Shown piece after piece: positions 1-7,468 of a DNA stretch of 32,000 nt. Under the pieces are notes generated by a model that was given only the letters and a program-made list of their open reading frames with translations, made no database searches and was not told the DNA's origin. The translations under genes and the position numbers were made by a program. The number at the start of each line of letters is the position of its first letter. Positions within the stretch are counted from its first letter, which is position 1. Source of the stretch: Aliivibrio fischeri ES114 (lineage in GTDB: Bacteria; Pseudomonadota; Gammaproteobacteria; Enterobacterales; Vibrionaceae); assembly GCF_000011805.1 (NCBI RefSeq), contig NC_006840.2; one strand, given 5' to 3'.

Positions 1-987
1 ATTCGCGCTGGTAAGTGTCGACCAGGGATCCAAGCGCTGATTGAAGTGGCTAACCGAGTTCCATCACGTATTGTTGCTTCTGACTTTGGGTTTGCGTTAG
101 GCCCAAGAATAAATGCAGCGGGTCGTTTGGATGATATGTCATTTGGTGTTGAGCTTTTAATGTCAAATAATATTCATGCCGCTCGTCGTATGGCGGCAGA
201 ATTAGATTCATTAAATCAAACTCGAAAAGAAATTGAGCAGGGCATGAAAGAAGAAGCCATGGCTATTTGTGAGCGATTAGAGTTTGGTGCTCAAAGTGAA
301 TTGCCTTTTGGATTGGTGTTGTTTCAGCGTGATTGGCACCAAGGTGTTATTGGTATTTTGGCTTCACGTATAAAAGAAAAATATCATCGTCCTGTCATTG
401 CTTTTGCTGACGGTGGTGATGGTTTTATTAAAGGATCATGCCGCTCTATTGCAGGCTTTCATATGCGTGATGCATTAGATTTGATTGATACTAGAAATCC
501 AGGCCTTATTTTGAAATTTGGTGGACATGCTATGGCTGCTGGATTAACCATTAAAGAGGCGGATTACAAAAAATTCAGTCAAGCTTTTGATGATGTCGTC
601 CGTGAGTCGGTAGAAGAAGAAGCTCTTAAAGGGATTATTTTATCTGATGGTGCACTAACACCAGAAGAATTTACATTAGGTACGGCTGAAATTATCCGAG
701 CGGGTGGACCATGGGGACAAGCTTTTCCTGAGCCTATTTTTGATGGTGAATTTAAAGTATTAAACCAACGTCTAGTGGGCGAAAAACATCTTAAATTAAT
801 GTTAGAGCCGATTCACCGTGATTTTCCAACCAATAAAATGGTTGATGCTATCGCATTTAATATTGATGTTCGCCGTTGGCCAGATGCTTCAGTTCAAAAA
901 GTAAAGTTAGCTTATCGACTCGATATTAATGAATTTCGTGGAAATCAGACCTTACAGCTTATGGTTGAGAACATTGAACCACTTTAA
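1..987 (+). CDS. recJ: Single-stranded-DNA-specific exonuclease RecJ, C-terminal part (5' end lies upstream of the window)
   Basis: Frame 1 is open from base 1 (IRAGKCRPGIQALIEVANRV...) and continues into track ORF 46..987, so GTG 46 is an internal codon. Blocks GFALGPRINAAGRLDDMS, LNQTRKEIEQ and GGHAMAAGLT match the RecJ C-terminal half as I recall it from E. coli. Confidence 0.93.
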   Translation: MRAGKCRPGIQALIEVANRVPSRIVASDFGFALGPRINAAGRLDDMSFGVELLMSNNIHAARRMAAELDSLNQTRKEIEQGMKEEAMAICERLEFGAQSELPFGLVLFQRDWHQGVIGILASRIKEKYHRPVIAFADGGDGFIKGSCRSIAGFHMRDALDLIDTRNPGLILKFGGHAMAAGLTIKEADYKKFSQAFDDVVRESVEEEALKGIILSDGALTPEEFTLGTAEIIRAGGPWGQAFPEPIFDGEFKVLNQRLVGEKHLKLMLEPIHRDFPTNKMVDAIAFNIDVRRWPDASVQKVKLAYRLDINEFRGNQTLQLMVENIEPL

Positions 988-1024
988 TTCATGAATAATC
1001 CGTAAAACACGTTAATTTTCACTG

Positions 1025-1066
1025 AACAACTCATTAAAAAAGACTTAATGAGTTGTTATGTTTATG
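1025..1066 (+). terminator. Probable rho-independent terminator after recJ
   Basis: 13-bp perfect inverted repeat AACAACTCATTAA (1025-1037) / TTAATGAGTTGTT (1045-1057) with a 7-nt loop. The tail ATGTTTATGG is only moderately T-rich. Confidence 0.55.
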
Positions 1067-1256
1067 GTCTAGTTGCAAACAGATAGGCCTTATTTTTCTT
1101 TGGGAAGTTAAATAAAAAACGTTTTGGTGTGATGTTTTTTACACCATTTTCTCAATCTTTATTGTTCTTGCTTTCAGAGGGTGAAATACCTCGATTTCTA
1201 TCACACTTTTGGTTAAAATCTCTCGGTTATTTTTTATTCGGCGATGATAAAACACC

Positions 1257-2355
1257 ATGTTCGAAATTAATCCTATTAAAAACCGTCTCCAGGATGTGTC
1301 TGAACGCACAAATATCCTGAGGGGGTACCTTTGACTATGACGCTAAAAAAGAGCGTCTAGAAGAAGTAAATGCAGAGCTAGAACAACCGGATGTATGGAA
1401 TGAACCTGAACGTGCACAAGCACTAGGTAAAGAACGTGCATCACTAGAAGCTGTTGTTGAAACCATTGATCTTTTAGATCAAGGTGTTGAAGACGTAGAT
1501 GGCTTACTAGAACTTGCGGTTGAAGAAGAAGATCAAGAAACCTTTGATGAAATTGAACCGGAACTGGCTGAGTTAGAAGCTAAGCTAGCGAAACTTGAGT
1601 TTCGTCGTATGTTCTCTGGTGATCACGATGCTTCTGACTGTTATATCGATCTTCAATCAGGCTCTGGTGGTACAGAGGCTCAAGATTGGACTTCTATGAT
1701 GCTGCGTATGTATTTACGTTGGGCTGAAGCAAAAGGCTTCAAAGTAGAAGTTATCGAAGTATCAGAAGGTGAAGTTGCTGGTCTTAAAGGCGCAACAGTT
1801 CGTATCGCTGGTGAATACGCTTATGGTTGGTTACGTACAGAAACTGGTGTTCACCGTTTAGTTCGTAAATCGCCATTTGATTCTAGTGGTCGTCGCCATA
1901 CTTCATTTGCATCTGCATTTATTTATCCAGAGATTGATGACAACATTCAGATTGATATCAACCCTTCTGATTTACGTATTGATGTTTACCGTGCTTCTGG
2001 TGCGGGTGGCCAACACGTAAACACCACCGAATCTGCGGTACGTATTACTCACGTACCAACAAATATCGTTGTTCAGTGTCAGAATGACCGTTCTCAGCAT
2101 AAAAACAAAGATCAAGCAATGAAGCAGTTACGTGCGAAATTGTTTGAGTATGAGTTGCAAAAGCAAAATGCTGAAAAACAGGCCAATGAAGACGCTAAAT
2201 CTGATATCGGATGGGGCAGTCAAATTCGCTCATACGTATTAGATGATTCACGCATTAAAGATTTGCGTACCGGCATTGAAAACCGTAATACGCAAGCCGT
2301 TCTAGACGGTGATTTAGATAAATTTATCGAAGCCAGCTTAAAATCTGGATTATAA
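1257..2355 (+). CDS. prfB: Peptide chain release factor 2, expressed through a programmed +1 ribosomal frameshift at 1329-1335
   Basis: ATG 1257 opens 25 codons ([25 protein letters not shown]) that end at an in-frame TGA (1332-1334). Shifting +1 gives GAC TAT GAC GCT... = [34 protein letters not shown], in the same frame as track ORF 1609..2355. SPF (KSPFDS) and GGQ (GAGGQHVN) motifs are present. The total of 365 aa matches RF2. Confidence 0.95.
1320..1335 (+). promoter_or_regulatory. prfB autoregulatory +1 frameshift site: internal SD-like AGGGGG, then slippery CTT followed by TGA C
   Basis: The sequence AGG GGG TAC CTT TGA C (1320-1335) is near-identical to the classical E. coli prfB frameshift cassette (AGGGGG-N3-CUU UGA C). 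Confidence 0.9.
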
Positions 2356-2368
2356 GAAAGGGTTCATT

Positions 2369-3874
2369 ATGACTGAACAAGTACAACTAGATGAAAACAA
2401 ACTGATTGCTGAACGTCGTGGTAAATTAGACCATATTCGTCAAGCATGTAAAGCTAATGGCCACCCAAATGACTTCCGTCGTGATAGCCTAGCGGGTGAT
2501 CTTCAAGCTGAATTTGGTGAAAAGACCAAAGAAGAGCTAGAAGAACTGAACCACGTTGTTGCAATTGCTGGCCGTGTTATGGCTAAGCGTGGTCCTTTCT
2601 TATTGATTCAAGAAGTATCTGGTAAGATCCAAGCTTACGCAGCAAAAGAAGTTCAAAAAGAACTAAAAGACAAATACCAAGGTTTGGATATCGGTGACAT
2701 CATCGGTGTTAAAGGTGCACTTCATAAGTCAGGTAAAGGTGATCTTTACGTGAACATGGAAGAGTATGTACTGCTAACAAAAGCATTACGTCCATTACCA
2801 GAAAAATTCCATGGTTTAACAGACCAAGAGATGCGTTACCGTCAACGTTACGTAGATCTAATCGTAAATGATGACTCACGTCATGCATTTATCGTTCGTT
2901 CTAAAGTGGTTGCTGCTATCCGTAACTTCATGGTTGATAAAGGCTTCATGGAAGTTGAAACTCCTATGATGCACGTTATCCCTGGCGGTGCTTCTGCGCG
3001 TCCATTCGTAACGCACCATAATGCACTTGATGTTGATATGTACCTACGTATTGCTCCTGAGCTTTACTTAAAACGTCTAGTTGTTGGTGGTTTTGAACGT
3101 GTATTCGAAATTAACCGTAACTTCCGTAACGAAGGTCTATCTCCACGTCATAACCCAGAATTCACAATGATGGAATTCTACATGGCGTATGCAGATTACA
3201 ACGATCTAATGGACCTTACAGAAGAAATGCTATCTACAGTAGCAACATCTGTTTTAGGTAGCGACAAAATGCCTTATGGTGAGCACACGGTTGATTTTGG
3301 TGGCAAATACGCTCGTATGAGCATGTTAGATGCGATCAAACAATACAACCCTGATCACGCAGAGATCCAAGCGCTAACGTATGAAGGCGTTAAAGATCGC
3401 GATCTAATGGTATCTATTGCTAAATCTGTACATGTTGACGTTGAAAGCTTCTGGACATGTGGTCAGCTTCTTGAAGAGATCTTCGGTGAAACTGCTGAAC
3501 CTAAGCTAATGCAACCTACATTCATTACTGAATACCCAGCAGATATTTCTCCATTAGCACGTCGTAACGATGACAATGATTTCATTACTGATCGTTTTGA
3601 ATTCTTCATTGGTGGTCGTGAAGTAGCAAATGGTTTCTCTGAGCTGAATGATGCACAAGATCAAGACGAGCGTTTTAAAGCGCAAGTTAATGCTAAAGAA
3701 TCTGGTGATGATGAAGCTATGTACTACGATGCAGACTACATCACAGCTCTTGAGCATGGTTTACCACCAACTGCTGGTCAAGGTATCGGTATTGACCGTT
3801 TAGTTATGCTATTAACTAACACGCACACAATTCGTGACGTTATTTTATTCCCATCAATGCGTCCACAAGCGTAA
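2369..3874 (+). CDS. lysS: Lysine--tRNA ligase (class II)
   Basis: Full-length 501-aa ORF 13 nt after the prfB stop, the same operon arrangement as E. coli prfB-lysS. Class II motifs are present ([32 protein letters not shown]). Confidence 0.96.
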   Translation: MTEQVQLDENKLIAERRGKLDHIRQACKANGHPNDFRRDSLAGDLQAEFGEKTKEELEELNHVVAIAGRVMAKRGPFLLIQEVSGKIQAYAAKEVQKELKDKYQGLDIGDIIGVKGALHKSGKGDLYVNMEEYVLLTKALRPLPEKFHGLTDQEMRYRQRYVDLIVNDDSRHAFIVRSKVVAAIRNFMVDKGFMEVETPMMHVIPGGASARPFVTHHNALDVDMYLRIAPELYLKRLVVGGFERVFEINRNFRNEGLSPRHNPEFTMMEFYMAYADYNDLMDLTEEMLSTVATSVLGSDKMPYGEHTVDFGGKYARMSMLDAIKQYNPDHAEIQALTYEGVKDRDLMVSIAKSVHVDVESFWTCGQLLEEIFGETAEPKLMQPTFITEYPADISPLARRNDDNDFITDRFEFFIGGREVANGFSELNDAQDQDERFKAQVNAKESGDDEAMYYDADYITALEHGLPPTAGQGIGIDRLVMLLTNTHTIRDVILFPSMRPQA

Positions 3875-3896
3875 TAAAGAATAAATAAAGATGATG

Positions 3897-3927
3897 AAAG
3901 AGCGGCTAATTAGCCGCTCTTTTTTTA
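3897..3927 (+). terminator. Rho-independent terminator of the prfB-lysS operon
   Basis: Palindrome AGAGCGGCTAATTAGCCGCTCT (3899-3920) followed by a run of 7 T. Confidence 0.85.
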
Positions 3928-4107
3928 TTTATCTTACTCAAAGCACTAAAAATGAGAAAATAACTACACTTTTTTATCAATTGACTTAATTTTTACAATT
4001 CAAATTAATAGTCATGTAACGGTTAAAAAGTAATAAAAACCCTTTTTTTTATGCAATAAATCCTTGTTAATCTCATATTTGATTCAACTATTTCTTTAAT
4101 ATGTTAA

Positions 4108-4141
4108 CTGTCATTTATTTATTATGCTTAAGATGTATTTT
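4108..4141 (+). promoter_or_regulatory. Pho-box-like direct repeat plus -10 hexamer upstream of the vpsR-like gene (candidate PhoB-controlled promoter)
   Basis: CTGTCAT (perfect consensus half-site, 4108-4114), TTAT spacer, TTATTAT (4/7, 4119-4125), then exactly 10 bp, then TATTTT (4136-4141). The second half-site is weak and the region is AT-rich. Confidence 0.3.
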
Positions 4142-4261
4142 TTTTGTTAAAAGGATGACGTGCATCTCATTTGTGAGACGAGATAAGGTCTTAAAACCTG
4201 TATAGTTGCAACTAAGAAACATTTTAAGTTGGTTTAGATATAAGAATTTAGAGGTAGTGTT

Positions 4262-5599
4262 ATGGGTACTCAATTTCGTATGGATTCGGTTCCAGGCTCT
4301 TTAGTTGTTGTAGGTGGCAGCTATGAACCTTGGTTAGCCGTTTTAGAACAAGTAGGTTGGCGTTGTCATCGTTGTTATGATCTTCGAGCAGCTCAAGCTC
4401 TGTTTGACGAGATTGGGCCATGTATTGGTATTGTTGATTTAAGCCAAGATGATTTTAGTCTTAATGGCATTGCAACGTTAGTTAATAACAATAAGCAAGT
4501 TCGCTGGATGGCTTTCATTCGTGAATCTCAATTAAGCTCAGATACTATCTGCCAGTTTATTGTTAACTTCTGTATTGATTTTTTCACTGCACCAATTCCT
4601 GATGCTCAGCTATTAAGCACGATTGGTCACCAGTTGGGTATGCTTAAGTTAGAACGCAAAGTATGGCCAAATATGGGGAATAAATCGGATCTTGGTATCT
4701 TGGGTGAAGCTCCAGCTGTTAAGCGCCTGCGAGATCAAATTCGTCGTGTTGCTCCAACAGATGTTTCTATTCTTATTTCTGGTGAAAGTGGTGTAGGTAA
4801 AGATGCAGTAGCAAAAGCAGTTCATGAATCTTCTGGTCGTAATAAAGGCCCATTTGTTTCATTAAATTGTGGTTCACTATCTGAAAATAAAATTGAACAA
4901 GAACTGTTTGGTTCTCACTCTTCGTCACCAGAAGAATCTAAACTATTCCAAGCCAATGGTGGTACATTATTTTTAAATGATATTAATGATTTGCCAGCTA
5001 GTCAGCAGCAACATCTATTACGATTCTTACAAGAAGGTAATATCGAGACTGAAAAAGGTTTTGTTGATTTAGATGTTCGAGTAATTGTTGCAAGCCACAT
5101 CGATTTAGAAAAAGCGATTGAAGAAGGCAGCTTTAAAGAAGAGTTGTATTATCGCTTAAATGTATTGCGTATTCATGTACCATCTCTAAAAGAGAGAAGT
5201 TCAGATATCTCGGTTTTAGCAGAGCATTTCTTACAGCGTTATGCAAAAGAGTACAATACACAAGCAAGAACGTTCTCAGAAGAAGCATTACAAACGATGT
5301 TGCATTATCAATGGCCTGGTAATGTACGTGAGTTAGTAAACCAAGTGAAACGTGCTGTATTACTTGCAGATAGCATGACGATTGATCTTGAGCACCTAGA
5401 CTTACCGCAACGCAGTGAAACAAAACGCAGTTTGCGTGTTATCCGTGAAAATTCGGAGAGAGATGCGTTATTAATGGTATTAGAATCTCATGATGGTCAA
5501 GTTTCTTCAGCTGCAAAAGAATTAGGTGTTTCACGAGCAACTATGTATCGTTTATTAAATAAACATAATTTGATTTCTGAGCCGAGAAGCTATAGCTAA
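4262..5599 (+). CDS. vpsR: VpsR-type response regulator: atypical bacterial enhancer-binding-protein (EBP)-like regulator with receiver, degenerate AAA+ and Fis-type HTH domains
   Basis: The N-terminus MGTQFRMDS..GSLVVVGGSYEPWL, the block SSDTICQFIVNFCIDFFTAPIPDAQLLSTIGHQLGMLKLE and the position next to lysS match V. cholerae VpsR as I recall it. Asp59 lies in IGIVDLS, Walker A is GESGVGKD, and the C-terminal HTH is AAKELGVSRATMYRLL. There is no GAFTGA. SD GAGG lies 7 nt before ATG 4262. Confidence 0.85.
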   Translation: MGTQFRMDSVPGSLVVVGGSYEPWLAVLEQVGWRCHRCYDLRAAQALFDEIGPCIGIVDLSQDDFSLNGIATLVNNNKQVRWMAFIRESQLSSDTICQFIVNFCIDFFTAPIPDAQLLSTIGHQLGMLKLERKVWPNMGNKSDLGILGEAPAVKRLRDQIRRVAPTDVSILISGESGVGKDAVAKAVHESSGRNKGPFVSLNCGSLSENKIEQELFGSHSSSPEESKLFQANGGTLFLNDINDLPASQQQHLLRFLQEGNIETEKGFVDLDVRVIVASHIDLEKAIEEGSFKEELYYRLNVLRIHVPSLKERSSDISVLAEHFLQRYAKEYNTQARTFSEEALQTMLHYQWPGNVRELVNQVKRAVLLADSMTIDLEHLDLPQRSETKRSLRVIRENSERDALLMVLESHDGQVSSAAKELGVSRATMYRLLNKHNLISEPRSYS

Positions 5600-5616
5600 T
5601 CGAATCCTTATTGAAG

Positions 5617-5653
5617 AATAGGCTTACCTTGAATTAGGTAGGCCTATTTTTTT
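5617..5653 (+). terminator. Rho-independent terminator after the vpsR-like gene, between convergent genes
   Basis: 12-bp stem AATAGGCTTACC (5617-5628) / GGTAGGCCTATT (5637-5648, one G-U pair) with an 8-nt loop and a T run to 5653. The T run overlaps the mutH stop codon on the other strand. Confidence 0.8.
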
Positions 5654-6320
5654 AGTTGAAGAATGAAGTCAGTATAGAATGAGTAAATTGAGTTTTTAAA
5701 TAAAAACCGCGGGGTAGCGTTTTTATAGGTTGTCCATTTTCACCATATGCCTCAGTTAGCGCTTGGCTGTTTGCTGCTTTAGGTCTTAATTGAAGAACTT
5801 CGCCATGTTTTGCTGTAATTGACTCAACCTTACCGAGCACAATTAAATCCATTAACTCTTCCCAATCTTGTTTTAACTGTCGTTCTTCTTCCAAAGAAGG
5901 TTGCCATAAAACTGGATATCCGACATGACGATCACCGACAGGGATCTCTCGCTCGCCTTCTACAGGGATCCATAATACGTGAGCCAGTTTATGACGAACA
6001 TGAGACTCTTCCCATTGTAAGCTGTGTACGCCTGTTAATGGAGCGACACAAACAAAAGTCGTTTCTAATGGTTTACCTGTATAGCTGATTGGAATGGTTT
6101 TTAGTTCTACACTAAGATCGATGAAATCAGGTAAAGGTTTACTGCCAGCTGAAGCTCCTAAATGCCATTCTAATAATTGACCAACCCAGCCTTTATCTCG
6201 CTTTAAATTTTCAGGCACAGGGATGCCGGCCTGCTCTGCCAATTCAGATAGCGTATAGCCTGCAATACTTTCTGCTCGTTGTAATAATTCATCAATAGTA
6301 TTTGGTGGTGGTAAGCTCAT
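5652..6320 (-). CDS. mutH: DNA mismatch repair endonuclease MutH (GATC-specific nicking enzyme)
   Basis: The 222-aa ORF is collinear with E. coli MutH ([68 protein letters not shown]). Confidence 0.95.
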   Translation of the reverse strand: MSLPPPNTIDELLQRAESIAGYTLSELAEQAGIPVPENLKRDKGWVGQLLEWHLGASAGSKPLPDFIDLSVELKTIPISYTGKPLETTFVCVAPLTGVHSLQWEESHVRHKLAHVLWIPVEGEREIPVGDRHVGYPVLWQPSLEEERQLKQDWEELMDLIVLGKVESITAKHGEVLQLRPKAANSQALTEAYGENGQPIKTLPRGFYLKTQFTHSILTSFFN

Positions 6321-6540
6321 AAAGACTCTTCAACATGATTGAATGAATAGATTATCATATTATCAACATTATTTTTTGACCTAATTTGGATCTTAGTAAG
6401 TTATCCACAATAGTGTATATATTTTATCCGTTACTTATTTTTCTGGATCCATATACAGTGCTTTAATTTTGAATAACTCATTGACTTTTAGTTCTTATAC
6501 TTAATCAGATAGCCTTAATTGTGGGTAATTAGGTTGTTGG

Positions 6541-6612
6541 TGGATCTTTAACCGATCTGTGTTTATATTATCCAATCACTTTTTAATGGAAAAGATCAAA
6601 GCAAAGATCTTT
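6541..6612. repeat. Dense GATC (Dam site) cluster with short repeats
   Basis: GATC occurs at 6543, 6554, 6594 and 6606, four sites in 67 bp. AAAGATC occurs twice (6591-6597, 6603-6609), the second inside the 10-bp palindrome AAAGATCTTT (6603-6612). CCGATCTGTG at 6552-6561 recurs at 6867-6876, and TGGATCTT at 6541-6548 recurs at 6387-6394. Confidence 0.7.
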
Positions 6613-6620
6613 ACTTTAAC

Positions 6621-6676
6621 TTGTTGGTTTTATTGTTTTTTGTTTGTTTGGTGCTTTTGTTTTTATTTTGTATTTA
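6621..6676 (+). repeat. Strand-asymmetric G/T-only tract (T runs punctuated by G)
   Basis: 52 of the 56 nt are G or T (ttgttggttttattgttttttgtttgtttggtgcttttgtttttattttgtattt). This tract produces the spurious Phe/Cys-rich track ORF 6559..6744. Confidence 0.7.
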
Positions 6677-6917
6677 AAGAGCTAACTTTTACCGTTTATG
6701 ATTTATTTTTAGCTTCTACACAAAGTTATGCACAGAAAAGGTGAATAAATGTGGCTTATATCTCATTGTTGTGTTGATAAGTTAAGCAGTGATTAAAAGT
6801 TATTCAGAAAATTAGGTTATTTTGGTAAAACGTGACAAGAAAGCGTGATCCTGTTTGCTCAAAGAGCCGATCTGTGAAAAAATCAGAGTCAATATAAGTT
6901 TATGATGAGGTCATCCA

Positions 6918-7430
6918 GTGATAGATGGCGATGGTTTCCGCCCGAACGTCGGGATAGTGATATGTAATAGCCATGGTCAAGTATTCTGGGCGAAGCGATA
7001 CGGACAGCATTCGTGGCAATTTCCGCAAGGTGGTATTGATGATGGTGAGACTCCAGAACAAGCCATGTACCGTGAATTATACGAAGAGGTAGGTCTGACA
7101 AAAAATGATGTTCGTATTTTAGCAAGCAGCCGTCATTGGCTACGATATAAATTACCGAAACGTCTAGTTAGATGGGACTCTAAACCTGTTTGTATCGGAC
7201 AAAAACAAAAATGGTTTTTGTTACGCTTAGAATGTGATGAATCCAAGGTTAATATGCAAAGAGATCGCTCGCCTGAATTTGATGGTTGGCGATGGGTAAG
7301 CTACTGGTACCCTGTAAGACAAGTGGTTTCATTTAAGCGTGATGTTTATCGTCGAGCACTAAAAGAGTTCGCGGTGATCGCTATGCCGTTTAAGGAACGA
7401 AAATTTAAAAGGAAAGGTAAAAAAGGTTAA
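6918..7430 (+). CDS. rppH: RNA pyrophosphohydrolase RppH (NudH, Nudix family)
   Basis: GTG start with GAGG 7 nt upstream. The N-terminus [17 protein letters not shown] is near-identical to E. coli RppH, and the Nudix box is [23 protein letters not shown]. Confidence 0.95.
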   Translation: MIDGDGFRPNVGIVICNSHGQVFWAKRYGQHSWQFPQGGIDDGETPEQAMYRELYEEVGLTKNDVRILASSRHWLRYKLPKRLVRWDSKPVCIGQKQKWFLLRLECDESKVNMQRDRSPEFDGWRWVSYWYPVRQVVSFKRDVYRRALKEFAVIAMPFKERKFKRKGKKG

Positions 7431-7468
7431 GCGGTCGATACCTTATATAACCTTAAGGATTGGCAAGC

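Larger units (their letters stand above)
6360..6808. promoter_or_regulatory. Cluster of DnaA-box matches in the mutH-rppH intergenic region (candidate DARS2-like DnaA-reactivating element)
   Basis: Perfect TTATNCACA twice: TTATCCACA 6401-6409 (+) and TTATGCACA 6726-6734 (+). One-mismatch boxes: TTATCAACA 6360-6368 (+), TGTGGGTAA 6520-6528 (= TTACCCACA, -), TGTTGATAA 6772-6780 (= TTATCAACA, -), TTATTCAGA 6800-6808 (+). The position corresponds to E. coli DARS2 (mutH-ygdP/rppH gap). Confidence 0.4.

Noticed and set aside
1129-1320. 63-aa track ORF upstream of and overlapping the prfB start
   Set aside because: It lies in the prfB promoter and leader, has low-complexity hydrophobic content and no SD, and ends inside the RF2 frame-0 leader. 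It is explained by the prfB frameshift architecture.
3554-3757. Antisense ORF inside lysS; likewise 5133-5423 (in vpsR-like), 5819-6088 (in mutH), 6889-7125 (over the rppH start), 7563-7751 (in ptsP) and 10383-10574 (over the TSUP/lgt junction)
   Set aside because: All are short and lie opposite strongly supported conserved genes. They have no SD and odd composition. They are typical shadow ORFs.
3975-3995. TTATCAATTGA upstream of the vpsR-like gene as a HapR/LitR (quorum-sensing TetR) site
   Set aside because: Only one half-site-like word (TATCAAT) is present. No matching inverted half occurs at the expected spacing.
6374-6391. Shared 10-mer TTTTTGACCT between the mutH-rppH gap (about 6374) and the dapB-carA gap (about 24521) as evidence for a repeated element
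   Set aside because: A single 10-mer match between two 600-bp AT-rich regions is about what chance predicts. Similarity does not extend beyond it.
6559-6744. 61-aa Phe/Cys/Leu-rich track ORF in the mutH-rppH gap
   Set aside because: Its composition is a direct translation artefact of the G/T-only tract (TTT/TGT/TTG codons). It has a GTG start without an SD and no protein-like features.
6321-6917. Possibility that the DnaA-box and GATC-rich gap is an actual replication origin
   Set aside because: The flanking genes (mutH, rppH) are not an oriC context (gidA/mioC/dnaA). The 13-mer-like words have 2 mismatches each and do not form a tandem DNA-unwinding-element (DUE) array. The boxes are spread over 450 bp rather than arranged as in oriC. 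A regulatory DnaA site (DARS-like) is the more economical reading. Marker-frequency data would settle it.
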